This document shows positions 1 to 12,960 of a stretch of DNA of 64,000 bases, piece after piece (within the stretch, counting starts at the first letter, position 1; the number at the start of each line of letters is the position of its first letter). The stretch comes from the human T2T-CHM13v2.0 reference genome, Homo sapiens. Position numbers and translations under genes: made by a program. Location: the NCBI RefSeq assembly GCF_009914755.1, contig NC_060946.1; one strand, 5' to 3'. The notes under the pieces were generated by a model. The model was not told the DNA's origin. It was given only the letters and a program-made list of their open reading frames with translations, and ran no database searches.

Positions 1-119
1 TACAAAAAGAGTGCCTCAAAGCTGCTCTCTGAAATGGAATGTTCAACTCTATGAGTTGAATGCAAACATCACAAAGACGTTTCTGAGAATGCTTCTGTCT
101 AGATTTGATATGAAGATAT

Positions 120-136
120 TCCCGTTTCCAACGAAA
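120..136 (-). promoter_or_regulatory. CENP-B box 1 of 4 per HOR (repeats every 1,364 bp)
   Basis: Plus strand TCCCGTTTCCAACGAAA is the reverse complement of TTTCGTTGGAAACGGGA and matches nTTCGnnnnAnnCGGGn. Confidence 0.97.
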
Positions 137-290
137 TCTTCAAATCTATCCAAATGTCCACTTGCATAATCAACAAAAAGTGTTTTTCACAACTGCTCTA
201 TCAAAAGAAAGATCCACCTCTGTTAGCTGAGTTCACACATCACAAACAAGTTTATGAGAATGCTTCTGTCTAGTTTTTATTTGAAGATAT

Positions 291-307
291 TTCCTTTCTC
301 ACCATAG
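291..307 (+). promoter_or_regulatory. pJalpha/A-box motif of A-type monomers (also at 629-645, 971-987 and 1313-1329; repeats per HOR)
   Basis: TTCCTTTCTCACCATAG, TTCCCTTTTCACCGTAG, TCCCTTTATCACCATGG and TTGCTTTTTCACCGTAG sit at the position homologous to the CENP-B box and resemble the pJalpha motif TTCCTTTTYCACCRTAG. Binding is not demonstrated. Confidence 0.75.
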
Positions 308-457
308 ACCTGAAAGCTGTCCTAATGTTCACTTCCAGATACTACAGAAAGAGTGTTTCAAAACTGCTGTACGAAAGGGAATGTTCAACTCTGTGACTTG
401 AATGCACACATCACAAAGAAGTTTCTGAGGATGCTGCTGTCTACTTTTTATACGTAA

Positions 458-474
458 TCCCGTTTCCAACGAAA
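458..474 (-). promoter_or_regulatory. CENP-B box 2 of 4 per HOR (next to the 4-bp-shorter segment)
   Basis: TCCCGTTTCCAACGAAA following tatacgtaa. Confidence 0.97.
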
Positions 475-799
475 TCCTCCAAGCTATCCAAACATCCACT
501 TGCAGATTCCACAGAAAGACTGTTTCAAAACTGCTCTGTCAATAGAAAGGTTCAACTCTGTTAGCTGCGTGCATATATCCCAAAGAAGATTCTGAGATTG
601 CTTCTGTCTAGTTTTTATGGGAAGATATTTCCCTTTTCACCGTAGGCGTCAAGGCGCTCCAAATGTCCACTTCCAGATACTACAAAAAGAGTGTTTCAAA
701 CCTACTCTGTGAAAGCGAATATTCAACTCTGTGACTTGAATGCACATATCACAAAGAAGTTTCTGAGAATGCTTCTGTCGAGATTTTATATGAAGATAT

Positions 800-816
800 T
801 CCCGTTTCCAACGAAA
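800..816 (-). promoter_or_regulatory. CENP-B box 3 of 4 per HOR
   Basis: TCCCGTTTCCAACGAAA followed by tcctgaaatc. Confidence 0.97.
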
Positions 817-1141
817 TCCTGAAATCTATACAAATATCCCCTCGCAGATTCTACAAAAAGAGTGTTTCAAAACTGCTCTGTAAAAAGAAAGGTTCAACTC
901 TGTTAGTTGAGTACACACATCACAAAGAAGTTTCACAGAATGCTTCTTTCTAGCTTGTAGGGGAAGATATTCCCTTTATCACCATGGGCCTCAAACCGTC
1001 CGAAACGTCCACTTCCATATACTACAAAAAGAGCGTTTCAAACCTGCTCTAGGAAAGGCAATGTTCAACTCTGTGACTTGAATGCAGACATCACAGAGCA
1101 GTTTCTGAGAATGCTTCTGTCTAGATTTTATAGGAAGATAT

Positions 1142-1158
1142 TCCCGTTTCCAACGAAA
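1142..1158 (-). promoter_or_regulatory. CENP-B box 4 of 4 per HOR
   Basis: TCCCGTTTCCAACGAAA followed by tcttcacagc. Confidence 0.97.
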
Positions 1159-4100
1159 TCTTCACAGCTATCCAAATATCCACTTGCAGATTCTACAAAA
1201 AGAGTGTATCAAAACTGCTCTGTCAAAAGGAAGGTTCTTCTCTGTTAGGTGAGTGCATACGTCATAAAGGAGTTTCTGAGAATGTTTCTGTCTAGTGGTT
1301 ATGGGAAGATATTTGCTTTTTCACCGTAGGCCTCAGAGCGCTCCAAATATCCACTTGCACATACTACAAAAAGAATGCCTCAAAGCTGCTCTTTGAAACG
1401 GAATGTTCAACTCTATGAGTTGAATGCAAACATCACAAAGACGTTTCTGAGAATGCTTCTGTCTAGATTTGATATGAAGATATTCCCGTTTCCAACGAAA
1501 TCTTCAAATCTATCCAAATGTCCACTTGCAGATTCAACAAAAAGTGTTTTTCAGAACTGCTCTATCAAAAGAAAGATCCACCTCTGTTAGCTGAGTTCAC
1601 ACATCACAAACAAGTTTATGAGAATGCTTCTGTCTAGTTTTTATTTGAAGATATTTCCTTTCTCACCATAGACCTGAAAGCTGTCCTAATGTTCACTTCC
1701 AGATACTACAGAAAGAGTGTTTCAAAACTGCTGTATGAAAGGGAATGTTCAACTCTGTGACTTGAATGCACACATCACAAAGAAGTTTCTGAGGATGCTG
1801 CTGTCTACTTTTTATATGTAATCCCGTTTCCAACGAAATCCTCCAAGCTATCCAAATATCCACTTGCAGATTCCACAGAAAGACTGTTTCAAAACTGCTC
1901 TGTCAATAGAAAGGTTCAACTCTGTTAGCTGCGTGCATATATCCCAAAGAAGATTCTGAGATTGCTTCTGTCTAGTTTTTATGGGAAGATATTTCCCTTT
2001 TCACCGTAGGCGTCAAGGCGCTCCAAATGTCCACTTCCAGATACTACAAAAAGAGTGTTTCAAACCTACTCTGTGAAAGGGAATATTCAACTCTGTGACT
2101 TGAATGCACATATCACAAAGAAGTTTCTGATAATGCTTCTGTCGAGATTTTATATGAAGATATTCCCGTTTCCAACGAAATCCTGAAATCTATCCAAATA
2201 TCCCCTCGCAGATTCTACAAAAAGAGTGTTTCAAAACTGCTCTGTAAAAAGAAAGGTTCAACTCTGTTAGTTGAGTACACACATCACAAACAAGTTTCAC
2301 AGAATGCTTCTTTCTAGCTTGTAGGGGAAGATATTCCCTTTATCACCATGGGCCTCCAACCGTCCGAAACATCCACTTCCATATACTACAAAAAGAGCGT
2401 TTCAAACCTGCTCTATGAAAGGCAATGTTCAACTCTGTGACTTGAATGCAGACATCACAGAGCAGTTTCTGAGAATGCTTCTGTCTAGATTTTATAGGAA
2501 GATATTCCCGTTTCCAACGAAATCTTCACAGCTATCCAAATATCCACTTGCAGATTCTACAAAAAGAGTGTATCAAAACTGCTCTGTCAAAAGGAAGGTT
2601 CTTCTCTGTTAGGTGAGTGCATACGTCATAAAGGAGTTTCTGAGAATGTTTCTGTCTAGTGGTTATGGGAAGATATTTGCTTTTTCACCGTAGGCCTCAG
2701 AGCGCTCCAAATATCCACTTGCACATACTACAAAAAGAGTGCCTCAAAGCTGCTCTCTGAAACGGAATGTTCAACTCTATGAGTTGAATGCAAACATCAC
2801 AAAGACGTTTCTGAGAATGCTTCTGTCTAGATTTGATATGAAGATATTCCCGTTTCCAACGAAATCTTCAAATCTATCCAAATGTCCACTTGCAGATTCA
2901 ACAAAAAGTGTTTTTCAGAACTGCTCTATCAAAAGAAAGATCCACCTCTGTTAGCTGAGTTCACACATCACAAACAAGTTTATGAGAATGCTTCTGTCTA
3001 GTTTTTATTTGAAGATATTTCCTTTCTCACCATAGACCTGAAAGCTGTCCTAATGTTCACTTCCAGATACTACAGAAAGAGTGTTTCAAAACTGCTGTAC
3101 GAAAGGGAATGTTCAACTCTGTGACTTGAATGCACACATCACAAAGAAGTTTCTGAGGATGCTGCTGTCTACTTTTTATACGTAATCCCGTTTCCAACGA
3201 AATCCTCCAAGCTATCCAAATATCCACTTGCAGATTCCACAGAAAGACTGTTTCAAAACTGCTCTGTCAATAGAAAGGTTCAACTCTGTTAGCTGCGTGC
3301 ATATATCCCAAAGAAGATTCTCAGATTGCTTCTGTCTAGTTTTTATGGGAAGATATTTCCCTTTTCACCGTAGGCGTCAAGGCGCTCCAAATGTCCACTT
3401 CCAGATACTACAAAAAGAGTGTTTCAAACCTACTCTGTGAAAGGGAATATTCAACTCTGTGACTTGAATGCACATATCACAAAGAAGTTTCTGAGAATGC
3501 TTCTGTCGAGATTTTATATGAAGATATTCCCGTTTCCAACGAAATCCTGAAATCTATCCAAATATCCCCTCGCAGATTCTACAAAAAGAGTGTTTCAAAA
3601 CTGCTCTGTAAAAAGAAAGGTTCAACTCTGTTACTTGAGTACACACATCACAAACAAGTTTCACAGAATGCTTCTTTCTAGCTTGTAGGGGAAGATATTC
3701 CCATTATCACCATGGTCCTCAAACCGTCCGAAACGTCCACTTTCATATACTACAAAAAGAGCGTTTCAAACCTGCTCTAGGAAAGGCAATGTTCAACTCT
3801 GTGACTTGAATGCAGACATCACAGAGCAGTTTCTGAGAATGCTTCTGTCTAGATTTTATAGGAAGATATTCCCGTTTCCAACGAAATCTTCACAGCTATC
3901 CAAATATCCACTTGCAGATTCTACAAAAAGAGTGTATCAAAACTGCTCTGTCAAAAGGAAGGTTCTTCTCTGTTAGGTGAGTGCATACGTCATAAAGGAG
4001 TTTCTGAGAATGTTTCTGTCTAGTGGTTATGGGAAGATATTTGCTTTTTCACCGTAGGCCTCAGAGCGCTCCAAATATCCACTTGCACATACTACAAAAA

Positions 4101-7100
4101 GAGTGCCTCAAAGCTGCTCCCTGAAACGGAATGTTCAACTCTATGAGTTGAATGCAAACATCACAAAGACGTTTCTGAGAATGCTTCTGTCTAGATTTGA
4201 TATGAAGATATTCCCGTTTCCAACGAAATCTTCAAATCTATCCAAATGTCCACTTGCATAATCAACAAAAAGTGTTTTTCAGAACTGCTCTATCAAAAGA
4301 AAGATACACCTCTGTTAGCTGAGTTCACACATCACAAACAAGTTTATGAGAATGCTTCTGTCTAGTTTTTATTTGAAGATATTTCCTTTCTCACCATAGA
4401 CCTGAAAGCTGTCCTAATGTTCACTTCCAGATACTACAGAAAGTGTTTCAAAACTGCTGTACGAAAGGGAATGTTCAACTCTGTGACTTGAATGCACACA
4501 TCACAAAGAAGTTTCTGAGGATGCTGCTGTCTACTTTTTATACGTAATCCCGTTTCCAACGAAATCCTCCAAGCTATCCAAATATCCACTTGCAGATTCC
4601 ACAGAAAGACTGTTTCAAAACTGCTCTGTCAATAGAAAGGTTCAACTCTGTTAGCTGCGTGCATATATCCCAAAGAAGATTCTGAGATTGCTTCTGTCTA
4701 GTTTTTATGGGAAGATATTTCCCTTTTCACCGTAGGCGTCAAGGCGCTCCAAATGTCCACTTCCAGATACTACAAAAAGAGTGTTTCAAACCTACTCTGT
4801 GAAAGCGAATATTCAGCTCTGTGACTTGAATGCACATATCACAAAGAAGTTTCTGAGAATGCTTCTGTCGAGATTTTATATGAAGATATTCCCGTTTCCA
4901 ACGAAATCCTGAAATCTATCCAAATATCCCCTCGCAGATTCTACAAAAAGAGTGTTTCAAAACTGCTCTGTAAAAAGAAAGGTTCAACTCTGTTAGTTGA
5001 GTACACACATCACAAACAAGTTTCACAGAATGCTTCTTTCTAGCTTGTAGGGGAAGATATTCCCTTTATCACCATGGTCCTCAAACCGTCCGAAACGTCC
5101 ACTTCCATATACTACAAAAGGAGCGTTTCAAACCTGCTCTAGGAAAGGCAATGTTCAACTCTGTGACTTGAATGCAGACATCACAGAGCAGTTTCTGAGA
5201 ATGCTTCTGTCTAGATTTTATAGGAAGATATTCCCGTTTCCAACGAAATCTTCACAGCTATCCAAATATCCACTTGCAGATTCTACAAAAAGAGTGTATC
5301 AAAACTGCTCTGTCAAAAGGAAGGTTCTTCTCTGTTAGGTGAGTGCATACGTCATAAAGGAGTTTCTGAGAATGTTTCTGTCTAGTGGTTATGGGAAGAT
5401 ATTTGCTTTTTCACCGTAGGCCTCAGAGCGCTCCAAATATCCACTTGCACATACTACAAAAAGAGTGCCTCAAAGCTGCTCTCTGAAACGGAATGTTCAA
5501 CTCTATGAGTTGAATGCAAACATCACAAAGACGTTTCTGAGAATGCTTCTGTCTAGATTTGATATGAAGATATTCCCGTTTCCAACGAAATCTTCAAATC
5601 TATCCAAATGTCCACTTGCAGATTCAACAAAAAGTGTTTTTCAGAACTGCTCTATCAAAAGAAAGATCCACCTCTGTTAGCTGAGTTCACACATCACAAA
5701 CAAGTTTATGAGAATGCTTCTGTCTAGTTTTTATTTGAAGATATTTCCTTTCTCACCATAGACCTGAAAGCTGTCCTAATGTTCACTTCCAGATACTACA
5801 GAAACAGTGTTTCAAAACTGCTGTATGAAAGGGAATGTTCAACTCTGTGACTTGAATGCACACATCACAAAGAAGTTTCTGAGGATGCTGCTGTCTACTT
5901 TTTATATGTAATCCCGTTTCCAACGAAATCCTCCAAGCTATCCAAATATCCACTTGCAGATTCCACAGAAAGACTGTTTCAAAACTGCTCTGTCAATAGA
6001 AAGGTTCAACTCTGTTAGCTGCGTGCATATATCCCAAAGAAGATTCTGAGATTGCTTCTGTCTAGTTTTTATGGGAAGATATTTCCCTTTTCACCGTAGG
6101 CGTCAAGGCGCTCCAAATGTCCACTTCCAGATACTACAAAAAGAGTGTTTCAAACCTACCCTGTGAAAGGGAATATTCAACTCTGTGACTTGAATGCACA
6201 TATCACAAAGAAGTTTCTGAGAATGCTTCTGTCGAGATTTTATATGAAGATATTCCCGTTTCCAACGAAATCCTGAAATCTATCCAAATATCCCCTCGCA
6301 GATTCTACAAAAAGAGTGTTTCAAAACTGCTCTGTAAAAAGAAAGGTTCAACTCTGTTAGTTGAGTACACACATCACAAACAAGTTTCACAGAATGCTTC
6401 TTTCTAGCTTGTAGGGGAAGATATTCCCTTTATCACCATGGGCCTCCAACCGTCCGAAACATCCACTTCCATATACTACAAAAAGAGCGTTTCAAACCTG
6501 CTCTATGAAAGGCAATGTTCAACTCTGTGACTTGAAAGCAGACATCACAGAGCAGTTTCTGAGAATGCTTCTGTCTAGATTTTATAGGAAGATATTCCCG
6601 TTTCCAACGAAATCTTCACAGCTATCCAAATATCCACTTGCAGATTCTACAAAAAGAGTGTATCAAAACTGCTCTGTCAAAAGGAAGGTTCTTCTCTGTT
6701 AGGTGAGTGCATACGTCATAAAGGAGTTTCTGAGAATGTTTCTGTCTAGTGGTTATGGGAAGATATTTGCTTTTTCACCGTAGGCCTCAGAGCGCTCCAA
6801 ATATCCACTTGCACATACTACAAAAAGAGTGCCTCAAAGCTGCTCTCTGAAACGGAATGTTCAACTCTATGAGTTGAATGCAAACATCACAAAGACGTTT
6901 CTGAGAATGCTTCTGTCTAGATTTGATATGAAGATATTCCCGTTTCCAACGAAATCTTCAAATCTATCCAAATGTCCACTTGCAGATTCAACAAAAAGTG
7001 TTTTTCAGAACTGCTCTATCAAAAGAAAGATCCACCTCTGTTAGCTGAGTTCACACATCACAAACAAGTTTATGAGAATGCTTCTGTCTAGTTTTTATTT

Positions 7101-10100
7101 GAAGATATTTCCTTTCTCACCATAGACCTGAAAGCTGTCCTAATGTTCACTTCCAGATACTACAGAAAGAGTGTTTCAAAACTGCTGTACGAAAGGGAAT
7201 GTTCAACTCTGTGACTTGAATGCACACATCACAAAGAAGTTTCTGAGGATGCTGCTGTCTACTTTTTATACGTAATCCCGTTTCCAACGAAATCCTCCAA
7301 GCTATCCAAATATCCACTTGCAGATTCCACAGAAAGACTGTTTCAAAACTGCTCTGTCAATAGAAAGGTTCAACTCTGTTAGCTGCGTGCATATATCCCA
7401 AAGAAGATTCTGAGATTGCTTCTGTCTAGTTTTTATGGGAAGATATTTCCCTTTTCACCGTAGGCGTCAAGGCGCTCCAAATGTCCACTTCCAGATACTA
7501 CAAAAAGAGTGTTTCAAACCTACTCTGTGAAAGCGAATATTCAACTCTGTGACTTGAATGCACATATCACAAAGAAGTTTCTGAGAATGCTTCTGTCGAG
7601 ATTTTATATGAAGATATTCCCGTTTCCAACGAAATCCTGAAATCTATCCAAATATCCCCTCGCAGATTCTACAAAATGAGTGTTTCAAAACTGCTCTGTA
7701 AAAAGAAAGGTTCAACTCTGTTACTTGAGTACACACATCACAAACAAGTTTCACAGAATTCTTCTTTCTAGCTTGTAGGGGAAGATATTCCCTTTATCAC
7801 CATGGTCCTCAAACCGTCCGAAACGTCCGCTTCCATATACTACAAAAAGAGCGTTTCAAACCTGCTCTAGGAAAGGCAATGTTCAACTCTGTGACTTGAA
7901 TGCAGACATCACAGAGCAGTTTCTGAGAATGCTTCTGTCTAGATTTTATAGGAAGATATTCCCGTTTCCAACGAAATCTTCACAGCTATCCAAATATCCA
8001 CTTGCAGATTCTACAAAAAGAGTGTATCCAAACTGCTCTGTCAAAAGGAAGGTTCTTCTCTGTTAGGTGAGTGCATACGTCATAAAGGAGTTTCTGAGAA
8101 TGTTTCTGTCTAGTGGTTATGGGAAGATATTTGCTTTTTCACCGTAGGCCTCAGAGCGCTCCAAATATCCACTTGCACATACTACAAAAAGAGTGCCTCA
8201 AAGCTGCTCTCTGAAACGGAATGTTCAACTCTATGAGTTGAATGCAAACATCACAAAGACGTTTCTGAGAATGCTTCTGTCTAGATTTGATATGAAGATA
8301 TTCCCGTTTCCAACGAAATCTTCAAATCTATCCAAATGTCCACTTGCAGATTCAACAAAAAGTGTTTTTCAGAACTGCTCTATCAAAAGAAAGATCCACC
8401 TCTGTTAGCTGAGTTCACACATCACAAACAAGTTTATGAGAATGCTTCTGTCTAGTTTTTATTTGAAGATATTTCCTTTCTCACCATAGACCTGAAAGCT
8501 GTCCTAATGTTCACTTCCAGATACTACAGAAAGAGTGTTTCAAAACTGCTGTACGAAAGGGAATGTTCAACTCTGTGACTTGAATGCACACATCACAAAG
8601 AAGTTTCTGAGGATGCTGCTGTCTACTTTTTATACGTAATCCCGTTTCCAACGAAATCCTCCAAGCTATCCAAATATCCACTTGCAGATTCCACAGAAAG
8701 ACTGTTTCAAAACTGCTCTGTCAATAGAAAGGTTCAACTCTGTTAGCTGCGTGCATATATCCCAAAGAAGATTCTGAGATTGCTTCTGTCTAGTTTTTAT
8801 GGGAAGATATTTCCCTTTTCACCGTAGGCGTCAAGGCGCTCCAAATGTCCACTTCCAGATACTACAAAAAGAGTGTTTCAAACCTACTCTGTGAAAGCGA
8901 ATATTCAACTCTGTGACTTGAATGCACATATCACAAAGAAGTTTCTGAGAATGCTTCTGTCGAGATTTTATATGAAGATATTCCCGTTTCCAACGAAATC
9001 CTGAAATCTATCCAAATATCCCCTCGCAGATTCTACAAAAAGAGTGTTTCAAAACTGCTCTGTAAAAAGAAAGGTTCAACTCTGTTAGTTGAGTACACAC
9101 ATCACAAACAAGTTTCACAGAATGCTTCTTTCTAGCTTGTAGGGGAAGATATTCCCTTTCTCACCATGGGCCTCCAACCGTCCGAAACATCCACTTCCAT
9201 ATACTACAAAAAGAGCGTTTCAAACCTGCTCTATGAAAGGCAATGTTCAACTCTGTGACTTGAATGCAGACATCACAGAGCAGTTTCTGAGAATGCTTCT
9301 GTCTAGATTTTATAGGAAGATATTCCCGTTTCCAACGAAATCTTCACAGCTATCCAAATATCCACTTGCAGATTCTACAAAAAGAGTGTATCAAAACTGC
9401 TCTGTCAAAAGGAAGGTTCTTCTCTGTTAGGTGAGTGCATACGTCATAAAGGAGTTTCTGAGAATGTTTCTGTCTAGTGGTTATGGGAAGATATTTGCTT
9501 TTTCACCGTAGGCCTCAGAGCGCTCCAAATATCCCCTTGCACATACTACAAAAAGAGTGCCTCAAAGCTGCTCTCTGAAACGGAATGTTCAACTCTATGA
9601 GTTGAATGCAAACATCACAAAGACGTTTCTGAGAATGCTTCTGTCTAGATTTGATATGAAGATATTCCCGTTTCCAACGAAATCTTCAAATCTATCCAAA
9701 TGTCCACTTGCAGATTCAACAAAAAGTGTTTTTCAGAACTGCTCTATCAAAAGAAAGATCCACCTCTGTTAGCTGAGTTCACACATCACAAACAAGTTTA
9801 TGAGAATGCTTCTGTCTAGTTTTTATTTGAAGATATTTCCTTTCTCACCATAGACCTGAAAGCTGTCCTAATGTTCACTTCCAGATACTACAGAAAGAGT
9901 GTTTCAAAACTGCTGTACGAAAGGGAATGTTCAACTCTGTGACTTGAATGCACACATCACAAAGAAGTTTCTGAGGATGCTGCTGTCTACTTTTTATACA
10001 TAATCCTGTTTCCAACGAAATCCTCCAAGCTATCCAAATATCCACTTGCAGATTCCACAGAAAGAATGTTTCAAAACTGCTCTGTCAATAGAAAGGTTCA

Positions 10101-11749
10101 ACTCAGTTAGCTGCGTGCATATATCCCAAAGAAGATTCTGAGATTGCTTCTGTCTAGTTTTTATGGGAAGATATTTCCCTTTTCTCCGTAGGCGTCAAGG
10201 CGCTCCAAATGTCCACTTCCAGATACTACAAAAAGAGTGTTTCAAACCTAATCTGTGAAAGGGAATATTCAACTCTGTAACTTGAATGCACATATCACAA
10301 AGAAGTTTCTGAGAATGCTTCTGTCGAGATTTTATGTGAAGATATTCCCGTTTCCAACGAAATCCTGAAATCTATCCAAATATCACCTCGCAGATTCTAC
10401 AAAAAGAGTGTTTCAAAACTGCTCTGTAAAAAGAAAGGTTCAACTCTGTTAGTTGAGTACACACATCACAAACAAGTTTCACAGAATGCTTCTTTCTAGC
10501 TTGTAGGGGAAGATATTCCCTTCATCACCATGGGCCTCAAACCGTCCGAAACGTCCACTTCCATATACTACAAAAAGAGCGTTTCAAACCTGCTCTATGA
10601 AAGGCAATGTTCAACTCTGTGACTTGAATGCAGACATCACAGAGCAGTTTCTGAGAATGCTTCTGTCTAGATTTTATAGGAAGATATTCCCGTTTCCAAC
10701 GAAATCTTCACAGCTATCCAAATATCCACTTGCAGATTCTACAAAAAGAGTGTATCAAAACTGCTCTGTCAAAAGGAAGGTTCTTCTCTGTTAGGTGAGT
10801 GCATACGTCATAAAGGAGTTTCTGAGAATGTTTCTGTCTAGTGGTTATGGGAAGATATTTGCTTTTTCACCGTAGGCCTCAGAGCGCTCCAAATGTCCAC
10901 TTGCACATACTACAAAAAGAGTGCTTCAAACCTGCTCTCTGAAACGGAATGTTCAACTCTATGAGTTGAATGCAAACATCACAAAGACGTTTCTGAGAAT
11001 GCTTCTGTCTAGATTTGATATGAAGATATTCCCGTTTCCAACGAAATCTTCAAATCTATCCAAATGTCCACTTGCAGATTCAACAAAATGTGTTTTTCAG
11101 AACTGCTCTATCAAAAGAAAGATCCACCTCTGTTAGCTGAGTTCACACATCACAAACAAGTTTATGAGAATGCTTCTGTCTAGTTTTTATTTGAAGATAT
11201 TTCCTTTCTCACCATAGACCTGAAAGCTGTCCTAATGTTCACTTCCAGATACTACAGAAAGAGTGTTTCAAAACTGCTGTACGAAAGGGAATGTTCAACT
11301 CTGTGACTTGAATGCACAGATCACAAAGAAGTTTCTGAGGATGCTGCTGTCTACTTTTTATACGTAATCCCGTTTCCAACGAAATCCTCCAAGCTATCCA
11401 AATATCCACTTGCAGATTCCACAGAAAGACTGTTTCAAAACTGCTCTGTCTATAGAAAGGTTCAACTCTGTTAGCTGCGTGCATATATCCCAAAGACGAT
11501 TCTGAGATTGCTTCTGTCTAGTTTTTATGGGAAGATATTTCCCTTTTCACCGTAGGCGTCAAGGCGCTCCAAATGTCCACTTCCAGATGCTACAAAAAGA
11601 GTGTTTCAAACCTACTCTGTGAAAGGGAATATTCAACTCTGTGACTTGAATGCAGATATCACAAAGAAGTTTCTGAGAATGCTTCTGTCGAGATTTTATA
11701 TGAAGATATTCCCGTTTCCAACGAAATCCTGAAATCTATCCAAATATCC

Positions 11750-12960
11750 CCTTGCAGATTCTACAAAAAGAGTGTTTCAAAACTGCTCTGTAAAAAGAAA
11801 GGTTCAACTCTGTTAGTTGAGTACACACATCACAACAAGTTTCACAGAATGCTTCTTTCTAGCTTGTAGGGGAAGATATTTCCTTTATCACCATGGGCCT
11901 CAAACCATCCGAAACGTCCACTTCCATATACTAAAAAAAGAGTGTTTGAAACCTGCTCTATGAAAGGCAATGTTCAATTCTGTGACTTGAATGCAGACAT
12001 CACGGAGCAGTTTCTGAGAATGCTTCTGTCCAGACTTTATAGGAAGATATTCCCGTTTCCAACGAAATCTTCACAGCTATCCAAATATCCACTTGCAGAT
12101 ACTACAAAAAGAATGTATCAAAAATGCTCTGTCAAAAGGAAAGTTCTTCTCTGCTAGTTGAGTACATACGTCATAAAGAAGTTTCTGAGAATGTTTCTGT
12201 CTAGTGGTTATGGGAAGATATTTGCTTTTTCACCGTAGGCCACAGAGCGCTCCAAATGTCCACTTGCACATGCTACAAAAAGAGTGCTTCAAAGCTGCTC
12301 TCTGAAAGGGAATGTTCAACTCTATGAGTTGAATGTAAACATCACAAAGACGTTTCTGAGAATGCGTCTGTCTAGATTTGATATGAAGATATTCCCGTTT
12401 CCAACGAAATCTTCAAATCTATCCAAGTGTCCACTTGCAGATTCAACAAAAAGTGTTTTTCAAAACTGCTGTATCAAAAGAAAGATCCACGTCTGTTAGC
12501 TGAGTTCACACATCACAAAGAAGTTTATGAGAATGCTTCTGTCTAGTTTTTATTTGAAGATATTTCCTTTCTCACCATAGACCTGAAAGCTGTCCTAATG
12601 TTCACTTCCAGATACTACAGAAAGAGTGTTTCAAAACTGCTGTACGAAAGGGAATGTTCAACTCTGTGACTTGAATGCACACATCACAAAGAAGTTTCTG
12701 AGGATTCTGCTGTCTACTTTTTATACGTAATCCCGTTTCCAACGAAATCCTCCAAGCTATCCAAATATCCACTTGCAGATTCCACAGAAAGACTGTTTCA
12801 AAACTGCTCTGTCAATGGAAAGGTTCAACTCTGTTAGCTGCGTGCATATATCCCAAAGAAGATTCTGAGATTGCTTCTGTCTAGTTTTTATGGGACGATA
12901 TTTCCCTTTTCACCGTAGGTGTCAAGGCTCTCCAAATGTCCACTTCCAGATACTGCAAAA
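11750..12960. repeat. Diverged HOR-haplotype patch (copy 1)
   Basis: Roughly 30-35 differences from the local consensus in about 1.2 kb (by-eye count), plus a 1-bp deletion. Other HORs show only a handful of differences each. Confidence 0.92.

Larger units (their letters stand above)
120..1483 (-). repeat. One representative HOR unit (8 monomers), measured box to box
   Basis: A/B-box positions at 120(B), 291(A), 458(B), 629(A), 800(B), 971(A), 1142(B), 1313(A), 1484(B). Spacings are 171, 167, 171, 171, 171, 171, 171, 171, which sum to 1,364. Confidence 0.97.
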
